A stretch of 64,000 bases of DNA from positions 1,624,753-1,688,752 of the forward strand of contig MU057560.1 of the NCBI GenBank assembly GCA_013265495.1, in the 5' to 3' direction. The position numbers were made by a program, and so were the translations under genes. Positions 24,461 to 37,573 of the stretch are shown here, piece by piece; the first letter of the stretch is position 1, and every line of letters starts with the position of its first letter. Below the pieces are notes generated by a model. That model did no database searches and was not told where the DNA came from. It saw nothing but the letters and a program-made list of their open reading frames with translations. The stretch comes from Vicugna vicugna (Eukaryota).

Positions 24461-25837
24461 AGTCTTCCCTTGATTGACTAACTGAATATTTGGTTGATAA
24501 TTTAGACTGTAAAATTGTAAACTTAACATTTTTATACTTCTTTCTGATTCATATTTTAATTTTTCTTCAAATTGACAGCTGTTTATCGAGTCCAGACTCT
24601 GTGAGGCACCACTGTAAGGAGGTGTTGCCTTCGAGTCATTCCAGTTCAGAGCACAAAGAGGCAAAAAGACAGGCATGGAGATTCTAAATTCCATAAAGAC
24701 ATAAAATAAGCCATAACTGTGTAAACTTGTAGGAAGTTTCTCATATGGAGAAAAATTAAGTTGGTTTTATTATTTCAAACACATGGAGAACTCAATAGAT
24801 TCAAAGCACGTGAAAAATTACAGAATGTATCAATTTTTTCTGAAATCTTCAGCAACCGTCTCCTCCGTGAGGAGCCAGTGACGTCTCATACTCTGTAATT
24901 AAATTAAGTCCTTGTTCAAACTTAGCCCAACTGTACGAGTTAATCCCTGTGCTGGAGAGTGTTGTCCAGGACATAGTAACACAGCAAACAAAGAAGGCCT
25001 AGGGTGACCCGGGGTGACTCTCAGTTTCGGGCAACAAAACTCTGAAAAAATACTGACTATCAAAATATCCTTGAAGTGCATGTGACTTGGTATTCATTGC
25101 TTTACAAAGTGTGTGTCGAATTGTCCTGTGAAGAACTGACCTGTATTTTCAAAAGGCCTGAAAGGAAAAGAACAACAACAACAAAAAAAAAAACCAGAAA
25201 ACCAGCCACTATTAAGAAACGTGATGTATCAAAAAAATAAGCAAGTGCTTTAGTCACGACTGAAGGAGACTTTGCAGATCACTTTCACACAGTGCTTGGC
25301 AGAAACAGCCCCTGCAAGACGGACAGGTAGCCTGTCCTTGAACGCCTGGCTCCGTGGAGGCCGAGCGGACACCGGCACTCACTTCCAACCCTAATAAACC
25401 TTTACAGCCGCTGAAGCGGGGAGGGGGTCCATGGCGGCCCTTTCTGTGCTGTAGTCAAGGTCACGCCCTCCAAGGCTCCTTGACGGTTTCAGATTTAACC
25501 ACTGCTCCTCCACTCAGTCTAGCGGTTGTACAGACTGCTAACTCCACAACAGGGACCCGTCCCCACCTGGTTCTGGGTTTGTCCCCACAGAACAGGTCCC
25601 GGGTGTCTCGGCCTGGTGGGTATTAAGACCACTTGTTTCTTCCCTCCTGTTGCATTCCCCTCCCGAACACACCGCAGCCAGCGGTGCTCGAGGTGCCCCT
25701 AGTGCTGCGGTGCCAGCTGCTGTGGTTTGACACCTCTGTCCTGCACCATTTGCCTTCCCAAATCTCCGCGAGAGGCGAGTTTCTCATCCTTCTTCACTTG
25801 AAGCCAGTGTCACGTGGCCTATTTAGGTTTCAATTCT

Positions 25838-25901
25838 TTTTTTTTTTTTTACATTTTTTTATTGATTCATAATCATTTTACAGTGTTGTGTCAAATTCCA
25901 G
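25838..25901 (-). mobile_element. 64-bp 5'-truncated young L1 tail with perfect 15-bp TSD
   Basis: Minus strand CTGGAATTTGACACAACACTGTAAAATGATTATGAATCAATAAAAAAATGT followed by an A tail. Flanked by TTAGGTTTCAATTCT at 25823-25837 and 25902-25916. Confidence 0.9.
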
Positions 25902-28094
25902 TTAGGTTTCAATTCTGAGAGCTCAGAATGAAAATTTGAAGGAGAGGAATTTTTTTCTCTCTTTTTGCGAAGTTTAACACGGTTGGTCCACTTACGTGCG
26001 TGCCTGACCCCAAAGCTACAAAGCAAACAGAGTCTGCAAAACTCCGGATTTGGCCGCGTTGGAGGGACCGTGGAGGATCCGCAGTTACAAACACGCACTG
26101 CGTTGCAGGAGCAGAGTCCTCTCTCCTGTGTGGGCTACTGCTGTTGCCACCAGGACTGGTGCTCATTGTGCTCGGAGGGCAGTCTTACCTGCCCTATTGC
26201 TCTCACTTTACACAAGAGGTCACTGCAGCTCAGAACAGCCGCCAGCCTGGCCTCAGGCCACACAGTAATGGTGAGTGACAAGCTGGCACTCAGACCTGAG
26301 GCTCTATTAGTAAAACACCCTGTGCTGGATTTCAAGTAAGTGACAATTTTAAAAAAATGTGGTTTGTGCTCTTCTGCCACTGAAACACTTGAAATATTTC
26401 CAGTGTGGCTGCTGCTTCCAGCAAAAGCATTCGTCTCACGGCCCTGAAACCAGCAAAGCCGCGTGGCCGAGCTATAAGGAGCCCTGACGGCGGGGAGCCA
26501 GGCATCCCCCTGAGCCCTGTGTTCTAGACATTTGCAAACAGCTTTGTTAAGAGGGTGCAGGACCCGGGGTACAACTCGGTTCTCACAGCAGAGGCGCACT
26601 TTCAGGCATGAACCTAAAGGATGCCACTCCGCCCATCTTCCCGAAGCACAGGTGTCCTGCGGGCTTCAGGCCGAGGCACCGGGGGAGGTGGTGGTCAGCC
26701 CTCGGGGGGCACATCTGTGAAACGGGTTCCTCGGAGGTGCTGGACTGCCCGGGAGGCGGGCGGCCCTCGGTTTCAACAGCCACGCTTTGGAAATGAGTGA
26801 CTCTGGGGCGAGCGCGCGCCTCTGCAAGCTGAGGCACAGGTGGGTGTGACTCACAGGGAAACACGGGCTTCTCTAAATGATGGGCACAGCGCCGGGGACT
26901 GGGAGTGGCCCCAACGAGCAGCGTGAGTCTGCCTCTGACCCGCACCGGCTCGGCTCGGCATTTCAGGCTGACCCTGTCGGTCTTGCTCAAGGGCCACGCC
27001 TCCTCCCTCATTTTCTCCCTCTCACTTAGCATTTGCCCGAGTTTGGGCTCCCGTCATGGTTTCCTGGTGGTAGGAAAGGTGTCCAGCTGTCCTCAAGGCC
27101 AGCCTTTAAGACCAAAGGAAGAGCCCCCATCAGATCGGCACACACCTGGCGCCGAGCCCAGGGCAGGGCCTCCGTGGACACCCGTCACGTGAGGAAATTG
27201 GGACGCGCCACGAATCCAATGAGCTTTTTTGGAGAATGTTTTGAGATTTATGTATAAGGCGCAGGAAAGGTGTACTTCAGCTCTGTCTGAGAATAAAGTG
27301 CTGAATGCTCACGTGACTGGAATCCTAAGAATATGCTTGAACCACCTCACCATTTTATAATCTAAGGACCTGACGGTATCTTCTTCAAAGGCCACCCCCA
27401 GTGTCTCCATCTGCTGTCGGAACTCAGGCGAGCTGGACGCAAGCTGGAAGCTTGGGGAGGAGAAGGAGGTGAGCACCGGGTGGGGGAGCAGAGCCCGGCC
27501 GGCTCCCGAGACAGAGGTGCCCGCTCGGCACCGCACTCCTCGCCGGGGAAGTCTTCGGAAGGTGCAGTGGAGTCTCCCCCGGCGTGGGGTACTGCACCAC
27601 TTACAGCAACCACACGGATAGCGTCTGCGTCGTTAGCACCTCGTCATTTCGCAGTTGCTCCCAGTGATGACAGCTACGACCTAGACAAGACAGTGTGTGA
27701 AGAAGGCCCACGTTTGGGTCAGGGTCAGGGTCAGCCCTAAGGCTCCAGAAAAGGAGTAAAAGGGTTTTCATTGGTCATGAAATCTCCCCCAAATATCTTC
27801 ACTTCAACGAAAGTGAATAAATGAGACGCTCGGTTGAGTCTTATTTCTCTCTAGTCAAGCCTTCTTCTCTGGCGGGTGTTGAAATCCTCTTCCCGAGCAA
27901 ACCTCTCAAGAAGGCCCCTGCCTCTCCAAGGAAAGGCTGGAAGGGGGCTCGGATCGCCTATCTGGGGCCACGGGAAGGTGAGTCACCTGCATTAGAGTCA
28001 ACCCACAATAAACGGGTTCAGTCCTGAGGACTTCTGTGTTGGCGGGGGGCTCATGGGAAATAATCTATTAATTTTAAAAGGCAGAAGGACTGAG

Positions 28095-28245
28095 GGAGAA
28101 GGAACTTGAATTTTAATATCAGTTTTCCCCCAGCCGTGCGACACTGGGCAAGCGCATTAACAAGTAGGGCCCTGGTTTTCATTTACGAAATTGGAACGTT
28201 ATTGATCACCTGGCCTGCCTCAGAGAACTACGTGATATGACCTAA
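28095..28245 (+). mobile_element. MIR relic
   Basis: ccgtgcgacactgggcaagcgcattaac...gttttcatttacgaaattggaacg...ctgcctcagagaac. Confidence 0.5.
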
Positions 28246-29369
28246 TTCTCCTCGTCAAAAGACTCTGAAAAGTAAAAAGCCACAGTTGTCACCATGTATT
28301 AATGTCATTGTTATTATTATTGTATAGCTTTAATAAATGAGTTTATTAAATGAAACACTAATGGAGTTTGCAATTAAATATATTGCAAACTTGAGCTCTT
28401 ATCTCTGCATAGAGGACACATTTATTATTCTAAAATTCAACCAGTGAGCAATTTTTCCAGGCATAAGTTATTCTGAAAATGATGAAATCTGAATGCGACA
28501 TGTGATCATTTTAATAGCCCTGACAGCCTACACTGGCAAATAGCATAATTGCTGTATCAAGGACTTTAGCTAGTGTGAAAATACATCACCACTTTTCTCT
28601 CCTCGGAGTAGGTGCTCAACCACTGAGAGTGGACTTTGATTCTAAAAGCATGTTTTTCTATAATAAGAAGAAGGCCCGTGATGTATTGCTATCAACTTAG
28701 GCTCAGGCAGTGATCATTTTTTTAACTTGAGACTGAGACAGAAATATCACTACAGAATTCATTTGGTGGAGAGAGAACTATTAGCTTTGACATAAATAAT
28801 TTAAACTAGCCAAAGGTATGAGAGTCCAAAAAAGCTTCCCGCAAGCCATGCGATACACGTAGTAACCGTGGTCACTGCTGCACAGACGCAAATTAGCGTT
28901 GTCAGTGGGAGAGAATGCAGAAGTCATTCACAGCATCACAAGGTGAGGAGGAATCATAAGGGGCCAATCACCCAAGGTCAGCTCACACTCACCAAAGAAT
29001 ACCCCGCACTCTGCCTGTACACCCCCAACAAGAGGAGACGCGTCCTCTCCAGAGACAGCACGTTTTCGTTTTCTCATAGATCTGAGATTTCAAAGAAAAA
29101 CCTCTTTACTTAGACCTGAAGTCTGTCTCCTTCCAGTATCTTCTGATCATTTGAAGCTGTACACAAAAGGCTAACCTCTCTGCCGTGTCAAACTTTCAAG
29201 TATTTTCAGGCCGGCACTGACGATTCCCGGCTTACCTCTACTCAGACAGCAGCGCTGTTGCCCCCAAGCAGTCCTTAAATAGCCTCAGAGGAATCACTTT
29301 TACCCCCTTGGTCGTTTCCTCTGGATGATTTTTTATATCTCACTTAAAATACAATGGTGTGGAAAGCAC

Positions 29370-30860
29370 GCTTTCTGGTCGCATGTTGGAGGTTGAAGCA
29401 GGCAAACATTCCTGCTGATACAGAAAAAGGTGATAAACTATATCTTAAGAGATAACATTTTCAAGGCATTTAGAGGACTTTGAAAACCACAAGGAAGCGA
29501 TGGATTAAATTTTACAGGAAAGGAGACCCACTTGGAGGTGAGCTCATGACACCCGCTCTTTCCCCTGTGAGCTGTTCGCCAGCCTTGAGCAGGGCTGGAG
29601 ATTTGGGTTTGGCCCAGAGAGAAGGCTGTTGCTGGTGAAAAGAGAAACCAGCAAGGAGTTAATAGTCAAGCAGGTCCTGAGTGGAAAACCTCGAGTATCT
29701 ACCTGGTTTTCACTAAAGACATTTGCTGAGTCCTGAGGCTGCACAGGGACCAGAGGGCTGGGCTAAGAGATTCGGATGTTCAGACTAAAACCGCCTGCAC
29801 TCTCACACCACCTGGGACTCAGCGATGTTCGGGGAACAGTCGTGAAAGCAAAGCACGAGCGAGCAAAAACCCTACAGGGAGTGTTGAATTAACACGAGAT
29901 GGTCCACAACAAAGACTGGAGTGGGGCACCTGTTGACAGTGGGCATCCAGAGGTGAGACTTCAGCTTTGGCTCCTGGAAAGGCCATTCCTGGATGACAGA
30001 GGAACCAAGCAGGAATACAGGCTTCTTCTGAAAACAGACATGTCTTCCTGCAAGATGTCAAATTTGAAGGCAATCATCAGCGGAGTCTCCATAGACCTTT
30101 GCCATCGTCATTCTTGTCATTGTCCGCAATATAACTGGAAATGACTAAATGTGCAGAGACAAGTCAAAGATAAATAAAAATGAGAGAAGAAGATAAAAAG
30201 AAACAACAGGAGAAGACCCCCAACATGATCAAAATACTGGAGTTAATGAAAAAAGAACAATGAGTAATGCATTCAAAAGCACTGGAACAGAGGAACCAAA
30301 GACGCAAGAGACAGGAAATTGTTTAACTACACTATCTGAATCTGTAAAAAGGTGGCTAGGTGATGATCTAGATCTAAAATATTTGATATCTGAGTCCACA
30401 GCCCCAATGAGTGAATGTAACTGCATAGTAAATGCTGTAGAAGAAGAAAATGTGGTCGCCAAGGCAGCTAAGTAGTCAGTGCCCCCAGATGAACAGCAGA
30501 ATGAAGCACGGAAGAAAAGAAAGCTCACAGAAGAGAGGCAGGTAAGACGGCGGGGCGCACTCACTGTGAGACTGAAGTCTCAGAGAGAGAAAACAGAGGC
30601 CAAGCAACAGTCGGCAAGATAAGGACCAAGGATCTCCTGGAAACGTGGAAAGGTAACAGGACAGAGTCAAAGAGACTCGGTGGGAAAAGCACAGAGAAAC
30701 AACCCGGGCGTGGCAGAGCTGAGCGTGGAAACCAGAAGCAAACCTTCAAAGCGTCAAGAGAAAGCACAGGACTTCAAAGAGCCTCGGTAGGACTGGCAGC
30801 CAGCTTCGCGAAGGAAGACAAAAACAGAAGCTTGAAGACAATGGAATGACACCGCCACAG
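29370..30860 (+). mobile_element. Ancient L1 5'/ORF1 relic
   Basis: A-rich + strand with degenerate L1M ORF1 landmarks (atcaaaatactggagtt...; gcaaaccttcaaagcgtcaagagaaa...gaagacaatggaatgac). Confidence 0.5.
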
Positions 30861-32487
30861 CATTGCTTCTCAGAAGATTATTAGTGAAGTATCTGGAGAC
30901 ACCATTAGACTGCGTTTTGTCCTACCAGCCAGGCATCCGAGTGATGGGACTGTTACAGGCTCTAGGCAGCATTTCATAAGCCTGAAGTCATGCACGGAAG
31001 AATAATTTCAAGCAGTGGTAACAACTGGAGATGAGTATGGTGTTTAATCATTTGCCCCTTAAAGAAAGCTCTTCCTGCCTGGTGTTTGCCTTAAGCACTT
31101 TTTGGTCCTACATGATGAGACAGGACAGCATCCAGTGATAATCTGCTGATTATGGAGAACTGTAAGCTTGATACATTGGGAATCTTCACCAGTTACGCTG
31201 ATAGCCAAGATTATTATAATAATCTTCAGAGGGAGAGAGTAATTTTCACCAGCAAACAGCCAGGCGCTGGAACAACACTTGCACATGTGTAAATCCACCG
31301 CACACAGCTTTGCTGACACCGTTAGAACAGTGGCTTAAGTAAGAGCCAGTTTTTTTAAGAGTGGATCATAAGCTTAAAACAAAAATGCTATCGCAAAAGC
31401 AGTTTAGGCTTGAAGCCACAGAAAGTATTTCCTCCCGCAAACCATACAGGAAAGCGTTTGAGAAAGTAACTGATCCGCCCGATAAAGAATGGAAGGCAGA
31501 GTCGGCCCAACTTAACTGCTCCGGTAATTAGCCATCCCTTTCCGGCAGGGGCGGACTCCTCTCCACATGCTGATAATTATTCCTCTTGTCATACCAGTTA
31601 CAAAGATGTGTTTCTCTGCTTCTAAGCTAATTATGAGAATTGAGTTCTGAATTTCCAAGTTACCTAATTCTTCAGTGATCTGTGATCATTTTCGAACTTT
31701 CTCAAACAGCAGGTATTTTTCAATCCCACCTAATTTTAGCCGGCATTTAATTATGTGCAAAGACTAATCCTTTTTCAGGGTTGGTCTTGAGCGCGACTTT
31801 TTCTTTTTGACGACCCCCCTGAGTGGCACTTCTCAGGAGTCCTGCTGTGCTCTTGAAGGGTCTTGGTGATGTTAACGGCAATTCTGTGACAAGACCCCAA
31901 AAGGAAAATCTCTTCCTATAAGGAGAAAAAAATATATATAGTGTACACTGATGGGAAATGACTACATAAATTATTACAGAAGACGCTTCTATAATGATAG
32001 ACCCAGAGAAGCTACAAAGGCTCCAAATGTTAGGAACACTAGCAATAAGTCTTTAAGTGGGACACTTCAAAAAATATATAATCTTAATTTTGCTACCAGA
32101 TTCCAGCCCATAAATAAATTGGAACATGCCTATATTTATCTTGTTTGTCTTCAAATAATTCATCAATGTATTTCTTTATTTTATTTTATTTTTATATTTC
32201 TTTATTTTATTCAGGAGCTTATGAACATCTCTGACAACTCTTAGGGCAGTAACACTTCTTTCTGTAGGGGCCTCATGTCTCTAGTCGTGGCTTTAATGAT
32301 TTAAGCCACTTCTTACAATCTAGATTATTCATCTTTTCCCTAAGACCCAACCTACCAACTAACCTAGTCATTTTTTAACTCTTCCCTTAAGAATCAAATA
32401 GAATGTACATGACTTAGAGATAAAGATGATGTTTCACTCAGCTTTATCCTCTCTTGTGCCAAATGCAATGCCTTAAAAATCATAGGT

Positions 32488-32567
32488 GCTTCAGCATCTT
32501 TTACAGCAGCCAAGACATGGAACAACCTGAATGCCCACTGACAGATGGCTGCATAAAGAGGCTGTGG

Positions 32568-32625
<58 letters not shown>

Positions 32626-33075
32626 TACTACTCAGCCATAAAAAAGAAGAAAATCATGCCATTTTGCAGCAACGTGAATGGACCTGGCAATTATCATACT
32701 AAGTTAAGTAAGTTAGAGAAAGAAAAATATCACATGACATCACTTATATGTGAAATCTTAAAAAATGACACAAATGAACTTATTTACAAAGCAGAGACAG
32801 ACTCACAGACATAGAAAACAAATTTATAGTTACTGGGGAGAAGGAGGTGGAGAGGGATAAATTGGGAATTCAGGAATTGCAGATACAAACTACTACATAT
32901 AAAATAGATAAACAACAAGTTTCTACTGTACAGCACAGGGAACTCTATTCAATACCTTGTAATAACCTACAAGGGAAAGAATATGAAAAGAAATATATAT
33001 AGATGTATGTATGACTGAATCACTATGCTGCACACCAGAAGCTAACACACCATTGTAAACGGACTATACTCCAAA
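32488..33075 (+). mobile_element. L1 3' end containing a (CA)n microsatellite
   Basis: acagcagccaagacatggaacaacctgaatgcccac...tactactcagccataaaaaag...acagactcacagacatagaaaac...cagcacagggaactctattcaatacc. Confidence 0.93.
32575..32623. repeat. Perfect (AC)n microsatellite, about 24 units
   Basis: Uninterrupted acacac... run. Confidence 0.97.
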
Positions 33076-33772
33076 AATAGTAAGCATTTTTATTTAATGA
33101 ACTTAATTTCATTGAAAATCATTTGCCCCTTCACTTCAGATTGTAATCATGGGCTCGTATATTTAAAACTGGTGAATAGATGTCAAATATTGTGCTCTGT
33201 CAGAGACAGGTAATTGTTGTGTTGAGAAAGGAGTGGAAACAGCATTTATTTAGTCTAGCTTATGTCCCAACCACTACAGTAGATTCATACGTGTGCCACA
33301 TCATATAATCTTTACAAAAAATGGAGTTACCATCTCCCTTCTGCATGTGGGAAACCGAAGTTTGCCGGGAGAGTGCCGTGCACAAGGCTACGGGCTTTCG
33401 GCAGATCCTGCGTATTCCGGCTCCATAGCTGGTACTTCTTCTCACTGCAGGAACTTGTTCCCCAAAACAAGTGCAGACTAAATCAAGACAAAGCAATTTG
33501 GAAAGCACAATGGAAAATGTGCTTATCGATACTCCAAGAGGAAATAAAGACTTGGAAAGCTTCCCCATCCATTTCTTCCTTTGGCTGTGAAGCTCTCTCA
33601 GCAATCTGAGGAGACACGCTGTTTGCTGGTGAATCAGGACAGAACATCCCTCCTCGCTAGGCTGCACAATCAGTCTTCTCCCTGGTCTCCAGGACTCTGC
33701 AGTCACCATCACTGACTATTAGAAAAAATGATGACATTTCAGTAAAAATGTCTTTGTGACAAGTGAATAAAC

Positions 33773-33848
33773 CAAAAAAAAAAAAAAAAAGGAAGGAAGA
33801 AAAGGAAGGAACAAAGGAGGAAGGAAGGGACGAAGGAAGGAAGAAAAG
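33773..33848. repeat. Poly(A) plus (GGAA)n purine tract
   Basis: A run followed by ggaaggaagaaaaggaaggaacaaaggaggaaggaaggg. Confidence 0.85.
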
Positions 33849-35460
33849 TTCCAATTTGAGAAAACTAAGGCAGCAGGCACTGCATCTGTGACATCATTCA
33901 GAAAAGACAGGAAATGAAAACGCTGTCTCTTTCAGACTACTTTCTGAGAATACAGGTCCTCGTTTCGGAATCCGTGATCAGCCGCGGTTCTGTCCCCAGG
34001 TGGGAAGTCAGCCCTGGTGACTCCCGTCTGCGCAGCCACCACCCCTTCAATCAGTAGCTTCCTAGATATTCTTTCCTTTTCCTTCCTTCCTTTCTTTTTT
34101 CCTTCTTTCCTTTCTTTCTTTCATCTTTTTTAATAATTACCACAGTATCTCATTCCCTGAATCATTAAGAAAGCTCCACGAGTTTTTCCCAAAAGGGTGT
34201 TCTTCGTTTGTCTTACTCTCTATTCACGGAACCACTTACCATTTGGATCTTGGACCAGTTACTGAACTTCTTTCGATCTTTATTTTTCTCATTTGCAAAA
34301 CAAGAGATGATGGTGAAGACGGTGGTGCGCCACAGCCCCGACTTCACAGAGGTGGCCACGCAGAAGGCAGGATGTGTAAGCGCCCCAGTGCGAGGGCGGC
34401 ACAGTGACCCCCCGGTGCAGGTGTTGGAGGAGGCAGGAAAGGAGAAGCACCCTTAAAGCAACTGTTAGACGGACCATTTTTAAGTCATCGTATAAAGATT
34501 TCATACACATGTGTTAAATATTGTTTGATGCTCTACATGGTGTCTTCTTAAGACCAAAGTCAGTATCTGGCAAGGTCTGCCTGGAAGCTTCTTAATGTTT
34601 ATTTCCCTATAAATTTTGACCATGAGCTGAACACCTCAGCTGAGCTGGACGTGGCTCCCGTTGGTAACCAAGGTGACATTTTTGGACTCATTTTAGAACA
34701 GACAAGATTAATAAAGTCCAAAGAATGGTGGGTTGTCATGACGTGAAGGGGCACTGGTTTCCTTGGTGAAGATGAACTCACACAAAGACCCATCTGATGA
34801 AAACCGTGGTCCCAGAGCACAGCGTGCGGGGTCCTCCCGGGCGGCTCTCCGTCAGTCTTGACCAGAAGTTACCTCCACACACATTGTCTGTCTGCATGGA
34901 GCAAATAATTCCACACACCCTCATGCTCTTATAGGTTTACTTTGTATTTCATTGTAGCATAGAATGCAATAAAGATCGATTTTTTCTTATAAGACTAACT
35001 GCACTCCTGCCATTGCCTTTTCTAGCCATTGTAAACTGAACACAGTCCTACAATGACAAAACCAGGATCCTGTATGTTGCAATGACTCACTTTATTCATA
35101 AATTGCCACCAAAGGAAACAGTGCTTATTATTTATCTCTGAATACACACAATTCTCTCAGCGGTATCAGTGCCTTCGTCCACTGTAAGGCAGGAGGCAAA
35201 AATTATTTCCTTGGCTTTATCTATGACACAGAATTTTAATAAGCTGATACGTAGAGGAATTTGCCTTCTATCGTGACTCAGGCATATTCAGGAAAAAGCT
35301 TTTTTTTTCTGGAGCTTTTACAAAAGGCAACTGATAATAGTTATCCAGCTAGGTCCAGAAAGTCAAAACTGACCCAAATTTGCCGTCTGGAACCACAGAC
35401 CAATCTCCACCTCTCATTGCCTTGTTCTTGTATATACCAGGAGTGTGCTCAGATGTTTGT

Positions 35461-35497
35461 TGGCTGGTTTGGTTTGGTTTGGTTTGGTCTGGTCTGG
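35461..35497. repeat. (TGGTT)n/(TGGTC)n pentanucleotide repeat
   Basis: tggctggtttggtttggtttggtttggtctggtctgg. Confidence 0.85.
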
Positions 35498-36039
35498 GGT
35501 TCGGTGTGTGTACAGCTTGACCTATTGGGTGGTCAGTCCCCCTATAAAGACAAAGAGAAATTCTGAAATCCACTTATAGGGAAACATCAGAGGGTCTGAA
35601 AACTGTCTCTTGAACATTGTCAGGTATAATTTGAAAGATGATTAAATGCCACTCGAGGCCTGAAGAACTTTAAGAAAGCTGTTGTCTCTGAGTTTAAGAC
35701 TTGATCAATTTGACATAAACAAAAACTGTCCTCAGAGTCCCGGCCTCTGCCCAATGTCACCCCTGGAGATGGAAAACGGCACTGCAGGAGGAGGAATGGA
35801 AAACGCACGTGGGCCGAAGGCCTTCCCGCTGCCAACGCTGGGCAAGGCGCTTCCTTTGCTGCCCCAGCACAGCCCTCACGAAGCAGCGAGGAGCTGGTAG
35901 CGCCACCTCGCTGGCCAGGAAGGAAGTTCGTGTTCCAGGGGGGTGACGCGATTTCCTCGAAGCCAAGCAGCTACTAAATCACTGCCTATGCCTGACCCTC
36001 CTTCCACTGTAGGTGGACGTGGACTGTTTCAAACACAGA

Positions 36040-36310
36040 GATATAAAAGTGTGAGTTTGAGGTGCGCAACATGTTGATTTGGCCGCACAGACGCTGCAAT
36101 CCGATTGCGGCCGCAGGGCTGGCCAGCACCTTTATCACATCACAGAATTTCCACTGCTTCTCTGTGTTGAGAACAGCTAAGAGCTGGTCTCAGCGGCTCT
36201 CACGCTCACAGCAGAGCACATTTGGTCGCGACCACCGTGTTGTGCAGCAGGTCTCCAGCACCCGCCTACCCACTGGCTGCCAGTCTGTGCCCTAAACAAC
36301 AGCTCCCCAC
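36040..36310 (-). mobile_element. L1MA-like 3' end, strongly GC-shifted
   Basis: gtgcgcaacatgttgatttg...atcacatcacag...gtgttgagaacagctaagagc...caccgtgttgtgcagcaggtctccagcac follows the antisense L1MA 3'-end layout. Confidence 0.65.
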
Positions 36311-36499
36311 GTCCTGCAGCCGACTTCCACATTACAGCCAAGCTCGTGACGCGAAGTACCTCGGTGACGGGGCAGCAAGTGGGGGACGCAGACGGAGCTT
36401 CCCCTGGGACACACCTGCTCTAGCGACAAATGGAGACTAACAGCAAGGCAATGAGCAGAGGGAAACACTCGTCTCATCAAAAGTCCTGCTGGCAGACGC

Positions 36500-36935
36500 G
36501 CTTGTTCACAAACAGAAACAGCCTCACAGACAGAGAGAACAAACACGGTTACCGGGAGGATGGGGTGGGAAGGGGTAAGTTGGGAGCTCAAGATTTGCAA
36601 ATACACACTACTACATATAAAATAGATGAACAATGTTAACCACTACATATAAAAATAGGTTAAAAAATGTTCTTCTGCACAGCACAGGGACCTATATTCA
36701 ATACCTTGTAATAACCTTTAATGAAAAAGAAAATGAAAACGAATGTATGTGTATGTGCATGACGGGGACAGTGTGCTGTGCACCAGAAACTGACACACTG
36801 TGACTGACTACTTCAATTAAAAAAAAAGAAGTTAAAAAAAATAAACAACAAGGTCCTACTGTACAGCACAGGGAACTATAGTCAATATCTTGTGGTAACC
36901 TATAATGAAACAGAATCTGAAAATGAAAAAAGAAG
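36500..36935 (+). mobile_element. Two L1 3' ends, one (36634-36838) nested in the other
   Basis: The outer L1 breaks after ...aaaatagatgaacaa (36633) and resumes at caaggtcctactgtacagcacagggaact (36849). The inner copy ends in an A-rich tail. Confidence 0.85.
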
Positions 36936-37401
36936 TCATTTTAGAGAAAATAGGTGGAAGAATGGCAGTCTGTCCTTAAAGGGCCTTTCCAGCGCCATGA
37001 ATGTTGTGACCAAGTTCCCTGGTGCTCAGCACAGAGCAGTGTCAAATCACACAGCGCTCGAAGAACCCCAGGAAAAGGCAGCTGGAACTAACAGAAGCCA
37101 GGGGCAGAATTCCAGCGGCAATGAGGCCCACGCCCGGCGAGGTGGCTGGGAAGATCGGGGATAAAAAGCCCAACACCCTAGCAGTATAATAATGTCATTT
37201 TTAAAAAATGATACCGTGGAGGCCGAAAGCCCAGGTGTTAAGAAGGAAGATGGCTCCAGGACCCATGCGGTGGGATGGAGGTTGCACGAGCTGCAGTGGT
37301 GCCCTGAGACTTCGGTGGGAGCAGGGCCGGACTCACCGGAGCAGGACCAGTGACAGCGGGAACTGAAAGCCAGCCGCTGCAGGACCTCTCCTCTGTACAG
37401 G

Positions 37402-37573
37402 GCGGTGGTCCTCGGAGTGTGCATCCTTGAACCAGGAGCAGCGCATCACCCAGGAACCTGTGAGACATGCAAATTCTCACAGACCTGCTGAATCAAACTG
37501 GGAGTGGGACACAGCAATCTGAGTCAGACCAAGCACCCAGGTGATTCTGATGCCCTGACGTTGGGAACCACTG
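37402..37573. mobile_element. MER5A-like hAT-Charlie MITE
   Basis: gcggtggtcctcggagtg...gcatcacccaggaacctgtgagacatgcaaattctc...cagacctgctgaatcaaactg...caggtgattctgatgc...tgggaaccactg. Confidence 0.85.
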
